From assembly GCA_009777275.1 (NCBI GenBank), contig WRME01000001.1:1-43576 (forward strand): a stretch of DNA of 43,576 nt, given 5' to 3'. A program made the translations under genes and the position numbers. The stretch is from Oscillospiraceae bacterium (lineage in GTDB: Bacteria > Bacillota > Clostridia > Oscillospirales > Ruminococcaceae). A model generated the notes under the pieces. That model saw nothing but the letters and a program-made list of their open reading frames with translations. It was not told the DNA's origin and made no database searches. How positions within the stretch are numbered: the first letter of the stretch is position 1; each line of letters begins with the position of its first letter. Positions 26,874-35,222 of the stretch are shown in pieces.

Positions 26874-27276
26874 TAATAATGCAGAATTAAGAATGCAGAA
26901 TGCAGAATGTTACAGTGGATAACCACGAAAAGCACGAAAAGACACGAAATGTTTATTAAGGGCGGTACGCACGGGGGTGCGTACCCTACTATAATTTCAA
27001 GCCCCCGTAACTGTCCATTGTACATTGTAAATTGTCAATTGTCCGTCACCCGCCGCTGCGGCGGCACTCTGCAGCAGACCACCCCGCCGCTGCGGCGGCA
27101 CCCCTCCCCAGAGGGGAATGGGGCTTACATACTATAATTTCCAATTCCCCTCTGGGGAGGGGTGGCAAACACTCGCAACAAAGTTGCGATAGTGTTTGAC
27201 GGGGTGGTCTGCTATAAGGAACATGGATTTAGGGGTTAGGTGGTAGGGGCGGCAATCTGCCGCCCGTGGTTATTGC
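26874..27276. repeat. Mosaic repeat locus (about 400 bp) between wzt and manC
   Basis: Order: GCAGAAT array 26880-26909; CACGAAA array(rc) 26921-26961; H1(rc) 26962-26989; spacer plus heptamer array 26990-27043; H4 x2 at 27047-27066 and 27078-27104; CCCCTC-ccca-GAGGGG 27101-27116; H6 27147-27162; H7 27169-27212; H2 27243-27276. Confidence 0.85.
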
Positions 27277-27286
27277 TACTTTAATT

Positions 27287-28522
27287 TTACACATCCCACC
27301 TATGATTTATCGAGACTATTCCCGTTTCTTTGGTGCTGTTGTTTACCGTGAGTTTGAGGGCATCGCAGAGGTAGTCGTAATCACGGCCTATCTTTGATGA
27401 GCAGGAGACATCGAATAAATATGTTCCCTCTAACAGATTGAAGGATTCTATCGTGAAGGTCACGGTTCCGGATTTTTTTTGCAGATCCGGCTGCAGCTCT
27501 TCCGCAAAGGTGTCTATCCCGTATACATGAACTCCGTCCGATCTCTTTATGTTTATACCGAAGACAAGGGAATCCACATCATCGTTTATGGTATAATCGC
27601 AGATTATATTCACCCCGTCACGAGTGTGGATATTACTCGCCTCGGCTCCTGTGCTATCGGTCATCCTAACCCCGCTCAGCTTTACCTCTCCGCTTCCTCG
27701 GCGGTTCTCTTGTTCGGGAGAATCCGCATCGGACGGTTGGGGTTGTTTTTTTGCCTGCTCATTATTACTCGGCTCTTCTGTGGGATTGTCATATGTGTCG
27801 GACATAAAGTTGAGATATTTTTCGGTAACATATGTCGATTTACCGTCCTCAACCATCATACCGTCTTTAAACCATATGGTTCTTTCGCAGATCCGCTGAA
27901 TACTATTCAGATCGTGGGAAACCAAAACTATCGTTACACCCTGTTTTTTCATCTCATAGAGCCGCTCAAAGCATTTACGCTGAAAGTTTGCATCGCCCAC
28001 AGCCAGTATCTCATCAATGAGCAGTATATCAGGGTCAACACTGATGGCAACTGCGAAAGCAAGACGCATATACATTCCGGACGAATATGTTCTCACGGCA
28101 TTGTCGATAAACTCACCCAGCTCGGAAAACTCTATGATTCCTGCGATTTTGCTCTCGATTTCACTCCTGCTCATGCCGAATATAGAGGCATTTGTATAGA
28201 TGTTCTCTCTTCCGGTCATGTCGTGGTGGAATCCTGCCCCAAGTTCTATAAGGCTTGAAACTCTGCCGTCTATCTTGACCGTTCCTGATGTTGGATACAT
28301 TATCCTGGTCAGGAGTTTGAGCAGGGTGCTTTTGCCCGAACCGTTCTGCCCGATAAGACCCACAGTCTCACCCTTTTGGATGGTCAGGTTTACATCTCTG
28401 AGCGCCCAAAAATCCTCATGGGTGTTTCTCCTCCAGTGGATGACCTTATCCTTGAGGGAGGCCGGCTTGTCCTTGTATATCTTAAACTTTTTTGAAACGC
28501 CTTCTACATTTATAACCTGCAT
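27287..28522 (-). CDS. Polysaccharide/teichoic-acid export ABC ATPase (Wzt/TagH type) with C-terminal glycan-binding-like domain
   Basis: Walker A GQNGSGKST; signature YSSGMYMRLAF; Walker B ILLIDE. ~140-aa beta-rich C-terminal extension (Wzt_C-like). Confidence 0.85.
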   Translation of the reverse strand: MQVINVEGVSKKFKIYKDKPASLKDKVIHWRRNTHEDFWALRDVNLTIQKGETVGLIGQNGSGKSTLLKLLTRIMYPTSGTVKIDGRVSSLIELGAGFHHDMTGRENIYTNASIFGMSRSEIESKIAGIIEFSELGEFIDNAVRTYSSGMYMRLAFAVAISVDPDILLIDEILAVGDANFQRKCFERLYEMKKQGVTIVLVSHDLNSIQRICERTIWFKDGMMVEDGKSTYVTEKYLNFMSDTYDNPTEEPSNNEQAKKQPQPSDADSPEQENRRGSGEVKLSGVRMTDSTGAEASNIHTRDGVNIICDYTINDDVDSLVFGINIKRSDGVHVYGIDTFAEELQPDLQKKSGTVTFTIESFNLLEGTYLFDVSCSSKIGRDYDYLCDALKLTVNNSTKETGIVSINHRWDV

Positions 28523-28528
28523 ATACCA

Positions 28529-29593
28529 TCATTCCTTTGCCGTAAATTTCTTTATTAGACCGCTCAGCTGCCGCTCTATCGATGATTCTTTGAATACCTC
28601 TATCCGCTCATACTGCTTCTGCACAACGCTGTCACGCATGGATTTGTCGTGTATAAGCGAATATGCTATCTCTGCGATGACCGACGGCTCTGTTGTTTCG
28701 AGAAGAACCCCCGCATCTCCCATGGTATACCCGACTGCGGCCTTATCGAGGGCGATCACGGGCAGACCGAAGTTCATCGCCTCAAGCAAGGGGATACAGA
28801 ATCCCTCATGCTCGCTCATGCAGAGGAAGACCTTTGCGGCGCGGTAATAGGAATAGAGGTCACTCTCAGAGACCTTGCCTGTGAAAAAAACACTGCTGCC
28901 CAGCGACAGATCCGATACCTTTTTCCGCAGCATTGCGGAATAGGAGGGGCTTACCACAGATGCCCCGACAAATATCAGTTTGGCATCGGGGTTTATGTTT
29001 TTATGATAGTAGTCAAAAACATCGATTATGTTTTCATGCTTTTTGTTGGGAACAACCCGCCCGACAAAGAGGAATGTATCAGATCTTTCGAGAGATTTTA
29101 CTATCCCGTCTCTGACGGGGGTGCCGTTTATGGCATCAAAGTCTATCATTATCGGGAGAACATCGGCATCCTTTGCTCCTAATGATAACAGATCCGCCTT
29201 ATTATACTCAGAATCGGCAAGAAAGCAATCAAAGGCGGGAATCGCCTTTTGCAGCTGCAGAATCCCTTTTTGACAAAAGCTGTACATCTCGCTCTGTCCT
29301 GCAAAAAACTCTGCGGGCGTGATGTTGTGATAGACCAGCGCCTTTCTGCCTGCCAATCGGATAGCCCTGTTGATTATAGTCGATTTCCCGGCAAAATGTA
29401 TCAGCAGTATATCCTGCGGCGATGTCTTTATCCTGCTGAAACTCGATACCCTGTCTGTCAGTTCAGGGTGGATATACCTGCTGTAGACAGCGGCATCATA
29501 ACCCATCTTAATGAGCAGATTGTGCTTGTTTATAATATCTCTGCCGACGCCGTCGCCATAATCGACCGCCTCGCATATCTGTATTATTCTCAT
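28529..29593 (-). CDS. Glycosyltransferase family 4 (GT-B)
   Basis: FVGRVVPNKK and C-terminal SEHEGFCIPLLEAMNFGLPVIA (E-x7-E region). Confidence 0.8.
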   Translation of the reverse strand: MRIIQICEAVDYGDGVGRDIINKHNLLIKMGYDAAVYSRYIHPELTDRVSSFSRIKTSPQDILLIHFAGKSTIINRAIRLAGRKALVYHNITPAEFFAGQSEMYSFCQKGILQLQKAIPAFDCFLADSEYNKADLLSLGAKDADVLPIMIDFDAINGTPVRDGIVKSLERSDTFLFVGRVVPNKKHENIIDVFDYYHKNINPDAKLIFVGASVVSPSYSAMLRKKVSDLSLGSSVFFTGKVSESDLYSYYRAAKVFLCMSEHEGFCIPLLEAMNFGLPVIALDKAAVGYTMGDAGVLLETTEPSVIAEIAYSLIHDKSMRDSVVQKQYERIEVFKESSIERQLSGLIKKFTAKE

Positions 29594-29955
29594 GTGTTTT
29601 GATTCTCCATATTAATACGATCTATCTCTGACATCATCAGGGCCGTGTGAGCAAGAATCTCGCTTGTCATATCAGAAACAGCCCTGTTATATTCCACCTG
29701 CTGATGGGTATAGTGTTTTATCAATTTGTTGATTACCCTCTTAAAAAATCTCCCCGACACCCCGAAAGGCACAATGTTTGTGACGGCATTCTGCGACAGA
29801 ACGGTATATTGGGCAAAGAGCCTTTGGTAGCTCTCGCCCAGAGCCGACTGCGATCGGCTCTTGTCTGCGGGTGATTTTGCTCGGTCGGCGATATTCTGCT
29901 CAATGCTCCGGGCCATTTTGCGGGTTAGATCAACATCTCTGTTTACAGTATACAT
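29590..29955 (-). CDS. Hypothetical coiled-coil protein, translationally coupled to the GT4 gene
   Basis: 121-aa ORF with ATGA overlap onto the GT4 start. Weak SD. No motif recognised. Confidence 0.45.
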   Translation of the reverse strand: MYTVNRDVDLTRKMARSIEQNIADRAKSPADKSRSQSALGESYQRLFAQYTVLSQNAVTNIVPFGVSGRFFKRVINKLIKHYTHQQVEYNRAVSDMTSEILAHTALMMSEIDRINMENQNT

Positions 29956-29961
29956 TCTTTT

Positions 29962-30759
29962 TTATATTTCCTCTACAAAATATTTTTGCAGCTTGCTGAA
30001 CAGCACCCCGCCTATTAGCAGGATAACAACGGCAAAGACAGCCGAATATGAAAGCCAGCTAAAATCGGGAGGATTTCCTCTCAGCAATATTTCTCTGAAT
30101 GACATAACGATAGGGGCAACGGGATTCATCATCATCACAAGACGAATCTTGGACGACATTTCGGTCTGTACAGACAACTCGTACAACACCGGAGTTAGAA
30201 AAAACCATCCCATGATTAGTATATTAACAATATGCTCAAGATCCCGCAGATAAACATTCAGAGCTGAAAACAGAAAGCAGAACCCCAAAACCATCATAAA
30301 TAGTATGAGCAGAACCAGCGGGAAGTAGAGCAGATTCAGATTGAAGGAAGTGCCTGTAATCAATAGCGAGGGGATCAGGATAGCCAGGCTGAAGATGTAG
30401 TTCATCAGGTTGCTGACCGCTCCGGACAGCGGAAGAATCATTCGGGGGAAGTATATCTTTTTGAGAAGACCGCCGCCCGCCGTTATGCAGGATGTGCATC
30501 CCGTCAGCGAACTTGAGAAGAATATCCAGGGGAGCATGGCTACAAACATAAACATGAGATAGCTCTCGTTAGGGTCGGCCGAACCGATGCGATGTATCTT
30601 TGAAAAGACAAAATAATAGACAAACATCATTAACAGCGGGTTTAAGAATGTCCACAAAAACCCTAGAACCGAACCCCTGTAACGGGTGCTGAGGTCTTTT
30701 TTGACAAGACTGTACAGCATCACCCTATAGTTATATAGCTCTTTTATCGTATTTATCAT
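29962..30759 (-). CDS. ABC-2 type polysaccharide export permease (Wzm/TagG type)
   Basis: KKDLSTRYRGSVLGFLWTFLNPLLMM plus 6 TM segments. GGAGGA SD favours ATG 30759, which has an ATGA overlap with the epimerase stop, over TTG 30771. Confidence 0.85.
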   Translation of the reverse strand: MINTIKELYNYRVMLYSLVKKDLSTRYRGSVLGFLWTFLNPLLMMFVYYFVFSKIHRIGSADPNESYLMFMFVAMLPWIFFSSSLTGCTSCITAGGGLLKKIYFPRMILPLSGAVSNLMNYIFSLAILIPSLLITGTSFNLNLLYFPLVLLILFMMVLGFCFLFSALNVYLRDLEHIVNILIMGWFFLTPVLYELSVQTEMSSKIRLVMMMNPVAPIVMSFREILLRGNPPDFSWLSYSAVFAVVILLIGGVLFSKLQKYFVEEI

Positions 30760-31682
30760 CTGTTCCTCCAATATTCTAACACCGATTGCAGTGAATCCCG
30801 CAGATCTGTTTCAGGTTTCCAGCCTGTACATTCAGTTATTTTTGTTATATCCGCCTCTATATGAGGATTGTCGGACGGTCTCATTCTCTTTGGATCCTGC
30901 ACAACCTCTATGTCAACCGCCGCCATAGACAGCAGTATATCGAGTATGCTTTGTATGCTTACCGCCGTTCCGCTGCCGACATTGTATATCTCACCTTTTT
31001 TGCCATGTTCAGACAATGCCCGGTATGCCCTGACAACATCGCGAACATCGGAAAAATCGCGGAATGCGCTGAGGTTGCCTACCGATATTACAGGAGGAAT
31101 CCGCCCTGCCTCTATATCTGCTATCTGTTTGCAGAAATCGGGGACGACAAACCCCGATGCCTGTCCTGCTCCAATGCTGTTGAAGGAGCGGGTCATAACT
31201 ATATCCATCCCGAAAGCCTCTGCAAACATACAGCCCGTCATGGTTTGTGACGCTTTGCTGACTGCATAGGGATTGCAGGGAGCAAGGATGGTCTTCTCGG
31301 TAATGGGGACGGCATTCCTGTCTACCCTGCCGTATTCCTCTCCCGAACCTATGAGCAGAACCCTGCTGTCAAGACCGAGTTCCCTTATTTTGCTCAGCAG
31401 ATTGACCGTTCCCTCACAGTTTACCCTGTATGTAAAGTTAATATCATTCCAAGACAGCCCCACAGAGCTTTGAGCGGCAAGATGGTAAACAACATCAGGT
31501 TTTGTCTCGAGCAGTGTCCTCTCGATACTGTCGGTATCAAGAAGATCGAGGATATACGAATCGCCCTGTTCCCATTTTTCATGCGGGAGACGAGCGGCAA
31601 AGACGGCCCTGCCGCTATCTGCAAGCAGTTTGTACAGATACCTCCCGACAAACCCCGGAGCCCCCGTGATCAACGATTTCAA
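30756..31682 (-). CDS. NAD-dependent epimerase/dehydratase (SDR; GDP-sugar reductase/epimerase-like)
   Basis: ITGAPGFVGRYL Rossmann motif and YAVSK catalytic Y-x3-K. TTG start. Confidence 0.8.
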   Translation of the reverse strand: MKSLITGAPGFVGRYLYKLLADSGRAVFAARLPHEKWEQGDSYILDLLDTDSIERTLLETKPDVVYHLAAQSSVGLSWNDINFTYRVNCEGTVNLLSKIRELGLDSRVLLIGSGEEYGRVDRNAVPITEKTILAPCNPYAVSKASQTMTGCMFAEAFGMDIVMTRSFNSIGAGQASGFVVPDFCKQIADIEAGRIPPVISVGNLSAFRDFSDVRDVVRAYRALSEHGKKGEIYNVGSGTAVSIQSILDILLSMAAVDIEVVQDPKRMRPSDNPHIEADITKITECTGWKPETDLRDSLQSVLEYWRNR

Positions 31683-31760
31683 TAAAATAACATCCTTTGC
31701 ATGGTATTGCTATATCATTATATTTTACAAAACCTATTATGTCAATAGATTTATGCAATC

Positions 31761-32157
31761 TGTAACTATTTTGTAACTATTTGGTTTTGGGATGACCGCC
31801 GCCCTCTCCGTCACGCCACGGCGTGACACCTCTCCCAAAGGGAGAGGCAAGAAGACACACAGGGTTTATGACGGGCGGTACGCACGGGGGTGCGTACCCT
31901 ACAACGTGATAACCACGGGCGGCAGATTGCCGCCCCTACCACTACAATTGACAATTTACAATGTACAATTGACAATTATTGTAAATGTAAATTTGCTGGC
32001 GAAAATAGGGTTAGATTTCTATAATTTCAAGCCCCCGTAACTGTCCATTGTTCATTGTAAATTGTCAATTGGCATCATTCCCCTCTGGGGAGGGGTGGCA
32101 AACACTCGCAACAAAGTTGCGATAGTGTTTGACGGGGTGGTCTGCCTCGAAATACTC
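31761..32157. repeat. Mosaic repeat locus (about 400 bp) between the epimerase gene and DUF1015
   Basis: Order: tgtaactattt x2 at 31761-31782; H3-like left arm plus GTCACGC-cacg-GCGTGAC 31789-31827; H8 31830-31846; H1(rc) 31875-31902; H2(rc) 31909-31940; heptamer array(rc) 31943-31977; spacer; heptamer array 32039-32071; H6 32080-32095; H7 32102-32145. Confidence 0.85.
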
Positions 32158-32158
32158 T

Positions 32159-33454
32159 TCACACTATCTTATTCATAACAAGTCCTGTTATGATTTTGGG
32201 GTAAAAATATGTGCTTTTTTGCGGCATTTTTTCTCCTGCGGCGGCAACGTCTCTTATCTGCCATACCTTTGTCGGGTTGAGCAGGAAGCAGCAATCGGCA
32301 TTACCGCCGTCTACGGCCTCAAGTGCGGCAGACATACTGCGGGTGTATCTCAGATTGGTCTGTGCGGCCATGTTTTCCTCGTCTATGCCAAACGCTTTTT
32401 CCAATGCCACCGAATGTAACACAGACACATCAAGACTGCGATAGGCATCGCTTGCATCGGGGAAGATCTCTTTCATGGCGTCTTTGTTCTTGAGGGTGAG
32501 GGTGTGGAACAGAGGTGTTCCACGCTCATCCTTGCTATAGATAACAAATGCCTTTTCGCCTTGTTTGTCAAGGCTCTCTATAGCGGATACGGCCGAATCA
32601 AGATTGCTTTGGGGGTTAATATCAAAATCAGCCGAGAGTTTTTTCAGCGTGTCTGCTAAGCTAAACTCTTCCAAGCTATGGATTATGCGATGGGTGGGCA
32701 ACACAACAAGCTCATCGTTGTCTATATCGGCAAGTATCATCATAACATAGTTTCCGGGATGGGTCTCATCATCGGAAAAGCCGAACTCGACAAGATATGT
32801 GCGGTATCGCATGGCCGTTTCGTAACGGTGGTGGCCATCGGCTATATAGAGCTTTTTATCGGCAAACTGATCAACCAATTGGTCTATAACGGTCTGATTC
32901 TCACATTTCCACAGCTTGTGGGTAACGGCCTCTTTGTCGGTAAACTCATATATAGGTTCAGAATCGGTCTCGGCATTTATGCTTTTGGCTATACTTCCGC
33001 TAGGATCCGAATAGAGAGAATATATCTGGCTGAAATTGCAGCCTGTAGCGTGCATAAGATTATATCTGTCCGCCTTTGCCTTAGAGAGTGTTTCCTCATG
33101 CGGGAGTATTATACCTTTGTGAAACTCTTCAAGCCCCACAAGCGTTACAATTCCTTTTAGTTGCTTCTTCTGTCCCTCAAACTCAAACTCCTGCCCATAG
33201 ATATAGATACCCGGGGTATCGTCTATAGCCAGCACTCCCTTGCCGAGATATTCATCCAGTGTTTCTCCTGCTTTTTCATAGCGGTTTTCTCCGGCGGGAA
33301 GTTCGAGCCGCACTATATTATACTCGTTTGCGTCTATATAACCCGCGCGCTGTTCCTCGCTGATAATGTCGTAAGGCGGGCAGGTTAATGTCGAGATCTC
33401 TCCTGCCTTTGCGGTATCATACCTCATCGCCCTAAATGCTTTTATTCTTGCCAT
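32159..33454 (-). CDS. DUF1015 family protein
   Basis: MARIKAFRAMRY...LTCPPYDIIS and YIADGHHRYETA patterns. AGGAG SD. Confidence 0.8.
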   Translation of the reverse strand: MARIKAFRAMRYDTAKAGEISTLTCPPYDIISEEQRAGYIDANEYNIVRLELPAGENRYEKAGETLDEYLGKGVLAIDDTPGIYIYGQEFEFEGQKKQLKGIVTLVGLEEFHKGIILPHEETLSKAKADRYNLMHATGCNFSQIYSLYSDPSGSIAKSINAETDSEPIYEFTDKEAVTHKLWKCENQTVIDQLVDQFADKKLYIADGHHRYETAMRYRTYLVEFGFSDDETHPGNYVMMILADIDNDELVVLPTHRIIHSLEEFSLADTLKKLSADFDINPQSNLDSAVSAIESLDKQGEKAFVIYSKDERGTPLFHTLTLKNKDAMKEIFPDASDAYRSLDVSVLHSVALEKAFGIDEENMAAQTNLRYTRSMSAALEAVDGGNADCCFLLNPTKVWQIRDVAAAGEKMPQKSTYFYPKIITGLVMNKIV

Positions 33455-33751
33455 ACCATCACTCCTAGTAAATAATAATACTTATTTTATCACAGATGTT
33501 TTGTTATTGCAATAAAAATCACACTTTTGTCAATTTAACCAACGAAAGACCGTCTTTATGCCCCGGTTTTATAATATTAGGCAAAATACCTGTCATTTTA
33601 TATAAATGAACGGCAAAAAGTTTGTTAAATAAAACACTGTTATTTCTCATTAAAATCTGTTATATTATTATATAGGGACTGCCTGCTGTTTGGATGCGAT
33701 CGGAACACAGGCGCCGTATAAAAATTGTATTTTATTAAGGAGGCTTTACTT

Positions 33752-34897
33752 ATGGCAAATGTTTCACTAAAGAGTATCTATAAAAAGTATCCGGGCGGTG
33801 TAATTGCGGTTTCAGATTTTAATCTCGAAATAGCGCACAAGGATTTTATTATCCTGGTCGGACCTTCCGGCTGCGGCAAAACCACCACGCTCCGCATGAT
33901 AGCAGGTCTTGAGGAGATCACCAGCGGAGAAATATTTATAGGCACAAAACTGGTCAACGATGTTGCGCCTAAAGACAGAGACATCGCTATGGTTTTCCAA
34001 AACTATGCTCTCTATCCCCACATGACTGTTTTTGACAATATGGCATTTGGTCTGAAGATAAGAAAAACACCCAAAGATCAAATCAAAAAGCTGGTTGACG
34101 AAGCGGCTGAAATTCTCGACATAACCCATCTTCTCGATCGGCGTCCCAAAGCGCTTTCGGGAGGACAGCGTCAGCGTGTAGCGTTAGGACGCGCGATTGT
34201 CCGCAATCCGCAGGTCTTCCTGCTTGACGAACCTCTCTCCAACCTTGATGCAAAACTGCGCGCTCAGATGAGGACCGAGCTTTCAAAGCTGCATCAGAGA
34301 CTTGGAACAACCTTTATCTATGTTACCCATGACCAGGTTGAGGCTATGACGATGGGTACCCGTATCGTTGTTATGGACAACGGATTTATCCAGCAGGTTG
34401 ATACCCCGCATACCCTTTATATGAAACCGGGCAACAAGTTTGTTGCGGGATTCCTTGGCTCACCTCAGATGAATTTTATAGATGCCTTTGTCAGAAGCAA
34501 TGAGGGTAAATACTTTGTAGAGTTCGGCTCTGAGCAGACAAAGACATCCAGAGGCAAAAAGTATCTGATCGAACTGCCCGATAGCAAAAACTCTAAAGAA
34601 TGTCTCAAACCGTATGTTGATAAGGCTGTAGTTGTCGGGATACGTCCCGAAAACCTGCATGATGAAGAGATGTTCCTGTCGGCCGCTAAAAAAGACAGCA
34701 TCATAGAATGTAAGGTTGATGTTACAGAGCTTATGGGAGCCGAGACATATCTCTATCTCGACTGTGAGGGTATTCCTCTTACCGCCCGTGTTTCACCCCG
34801 CTCGACAACCGCCGCCGGTGATGTTATAGAGGTTGCCGTTGATACAAGCAAACTACATCTGTTTGATAAAGAAACAGAAGTTACCATAACAAACTAA
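33752..34897 (+). CDS. msmX: Sugar ABC transporter ATP-binding protein (MsmX/MalK/UgpC type)
   Basis: AAGGAGG at 33737-33743 then ATG 33752. GPSGCGKTT, LSGGQRQRVALGRA, FLLDEPLSNLD. C-terminal TOBE-like domain. Confidence 0.9.
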   Translation: MANVSLKSIYKKYPGGVIAVSDFNLEIAHKDFIILVGPSGCGKTTTLRMIAGLEEITSGEIFIGTKLVNDVAPKDRDIAMVFQNYALYPHMTVFDNMAFGLKIRKTPKDQIKKLVDEAAEILDITHLLDRRPKALSGGQRQRVALGRAIVRNPQVFLLDEPLSNLDAKLRAQMRTELSKLHQRLGTTFIYVTHDQVEAMTMGTRIVVMDNGFIQQVDTPHTLYMKPGNKFVAGFLGSPQMNFIDAFVRSNEGKYFVEFGSEQTKTSRGKKYLIELPDSKNSKECLKPYVDKAVVVGIRPENLHDEEMFLSAAKKDSIIECKVDVTELMGAETYLYLDCEGIPLTARVSPRSTTAAGDVIEVAVDTSKLHLFDKETEVTITN

Positions 34898-34965
34898 TAA
34901 TATTTTGCATATCCCCGATAGCTTTCGGCAATAATAACCTCATACTTATGTAATAAGAGAGGTGA

Positions 34966-35112
34966 ATGAAATTGCCGGACAAAGGAAAAAACAACAAGAG
35001 CAAATCAGGGGATCGCAAGGATAAGCAAAACAACAGGAACAACAACGCTAATAATAACAACGAACAACGGAACAACGCAGACAACAAGAAAGACGATGCA
35101 AACTGCAGATAA
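34966..35112 (+). CDS. Possible 48-aa highly hydrophilic N/K/D-rich small protein
   Basis: Not in the ORF track (under 60 aa). GAGAGGTG directly upstream of ATG 34966. Translation MKLPDKGKNNKSKSGDRKDKQNNRNNNANNNNEQRNNADNKKDDANCR. Followed by a 10-bp-stem hairpin at 35133-35159. Confidence 0.35.
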   Translation: MKLPDKGKNNKSKSGDRKDKQNNRNNNANNNNEQRNNADNKKDDANCR

Positions 35113-35132
35113 CACTGTACGAGAATAACAAT

Positions 35133-35168
35133 ACGGGCGGGAGTAAATTTCCCGCCCGTATGTTCGTT
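35133..35168 (+). terminator. Hairpin terminator after the 48-aa ORF
   Basis: ACGGGCGGGA (35133-35142), loop gtaaatt, TCCCGCCCGT (35150-35159), then a T-rich atgttcgtt. Confidence 0.55.
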
Positions 35169-35173
35169 ATATA

Positions 35174-35202
35174 TTGACATATCCGGCGAGATATACTAAA
35201 CT
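35174..35202 (+). promoter_or_regulatory. Candidate sigma-A promoter of the AAA+/nuclease gene
   Basis: TTGACA 35174-35179, 17-nt spacer, TAAACT 35197-35202. Confidence 0.35.
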
Positions 35203-35222
35203 GTAGTTGGAGGGGATGTCTA

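Noticed and set aside
26874-27276. Repeat-rich intergenic blocks as possible CRISPR arrays
   Set aside because: There is no single direct repeat of constant length alternating with unique spacers. The modules differ from one another, occur in both orientations and recur as whole blocks at other loci. No cas genes are present.
27479-28847. Long antisense ORFs opposite confident genes: 27479-28258 and 28200-28847, plus 12320-12949, 19937-20605, 42751-43383, 36467-36997, 37576-38091, 16166-16708, 15751-16251, 25273-25764, 26419-26922, 32678-33160, 40287-40772 and 18578-19042
   Set aside because: Each overlaps a motif-supported CDS on the other strand, and none has a recognisable motif or SD.
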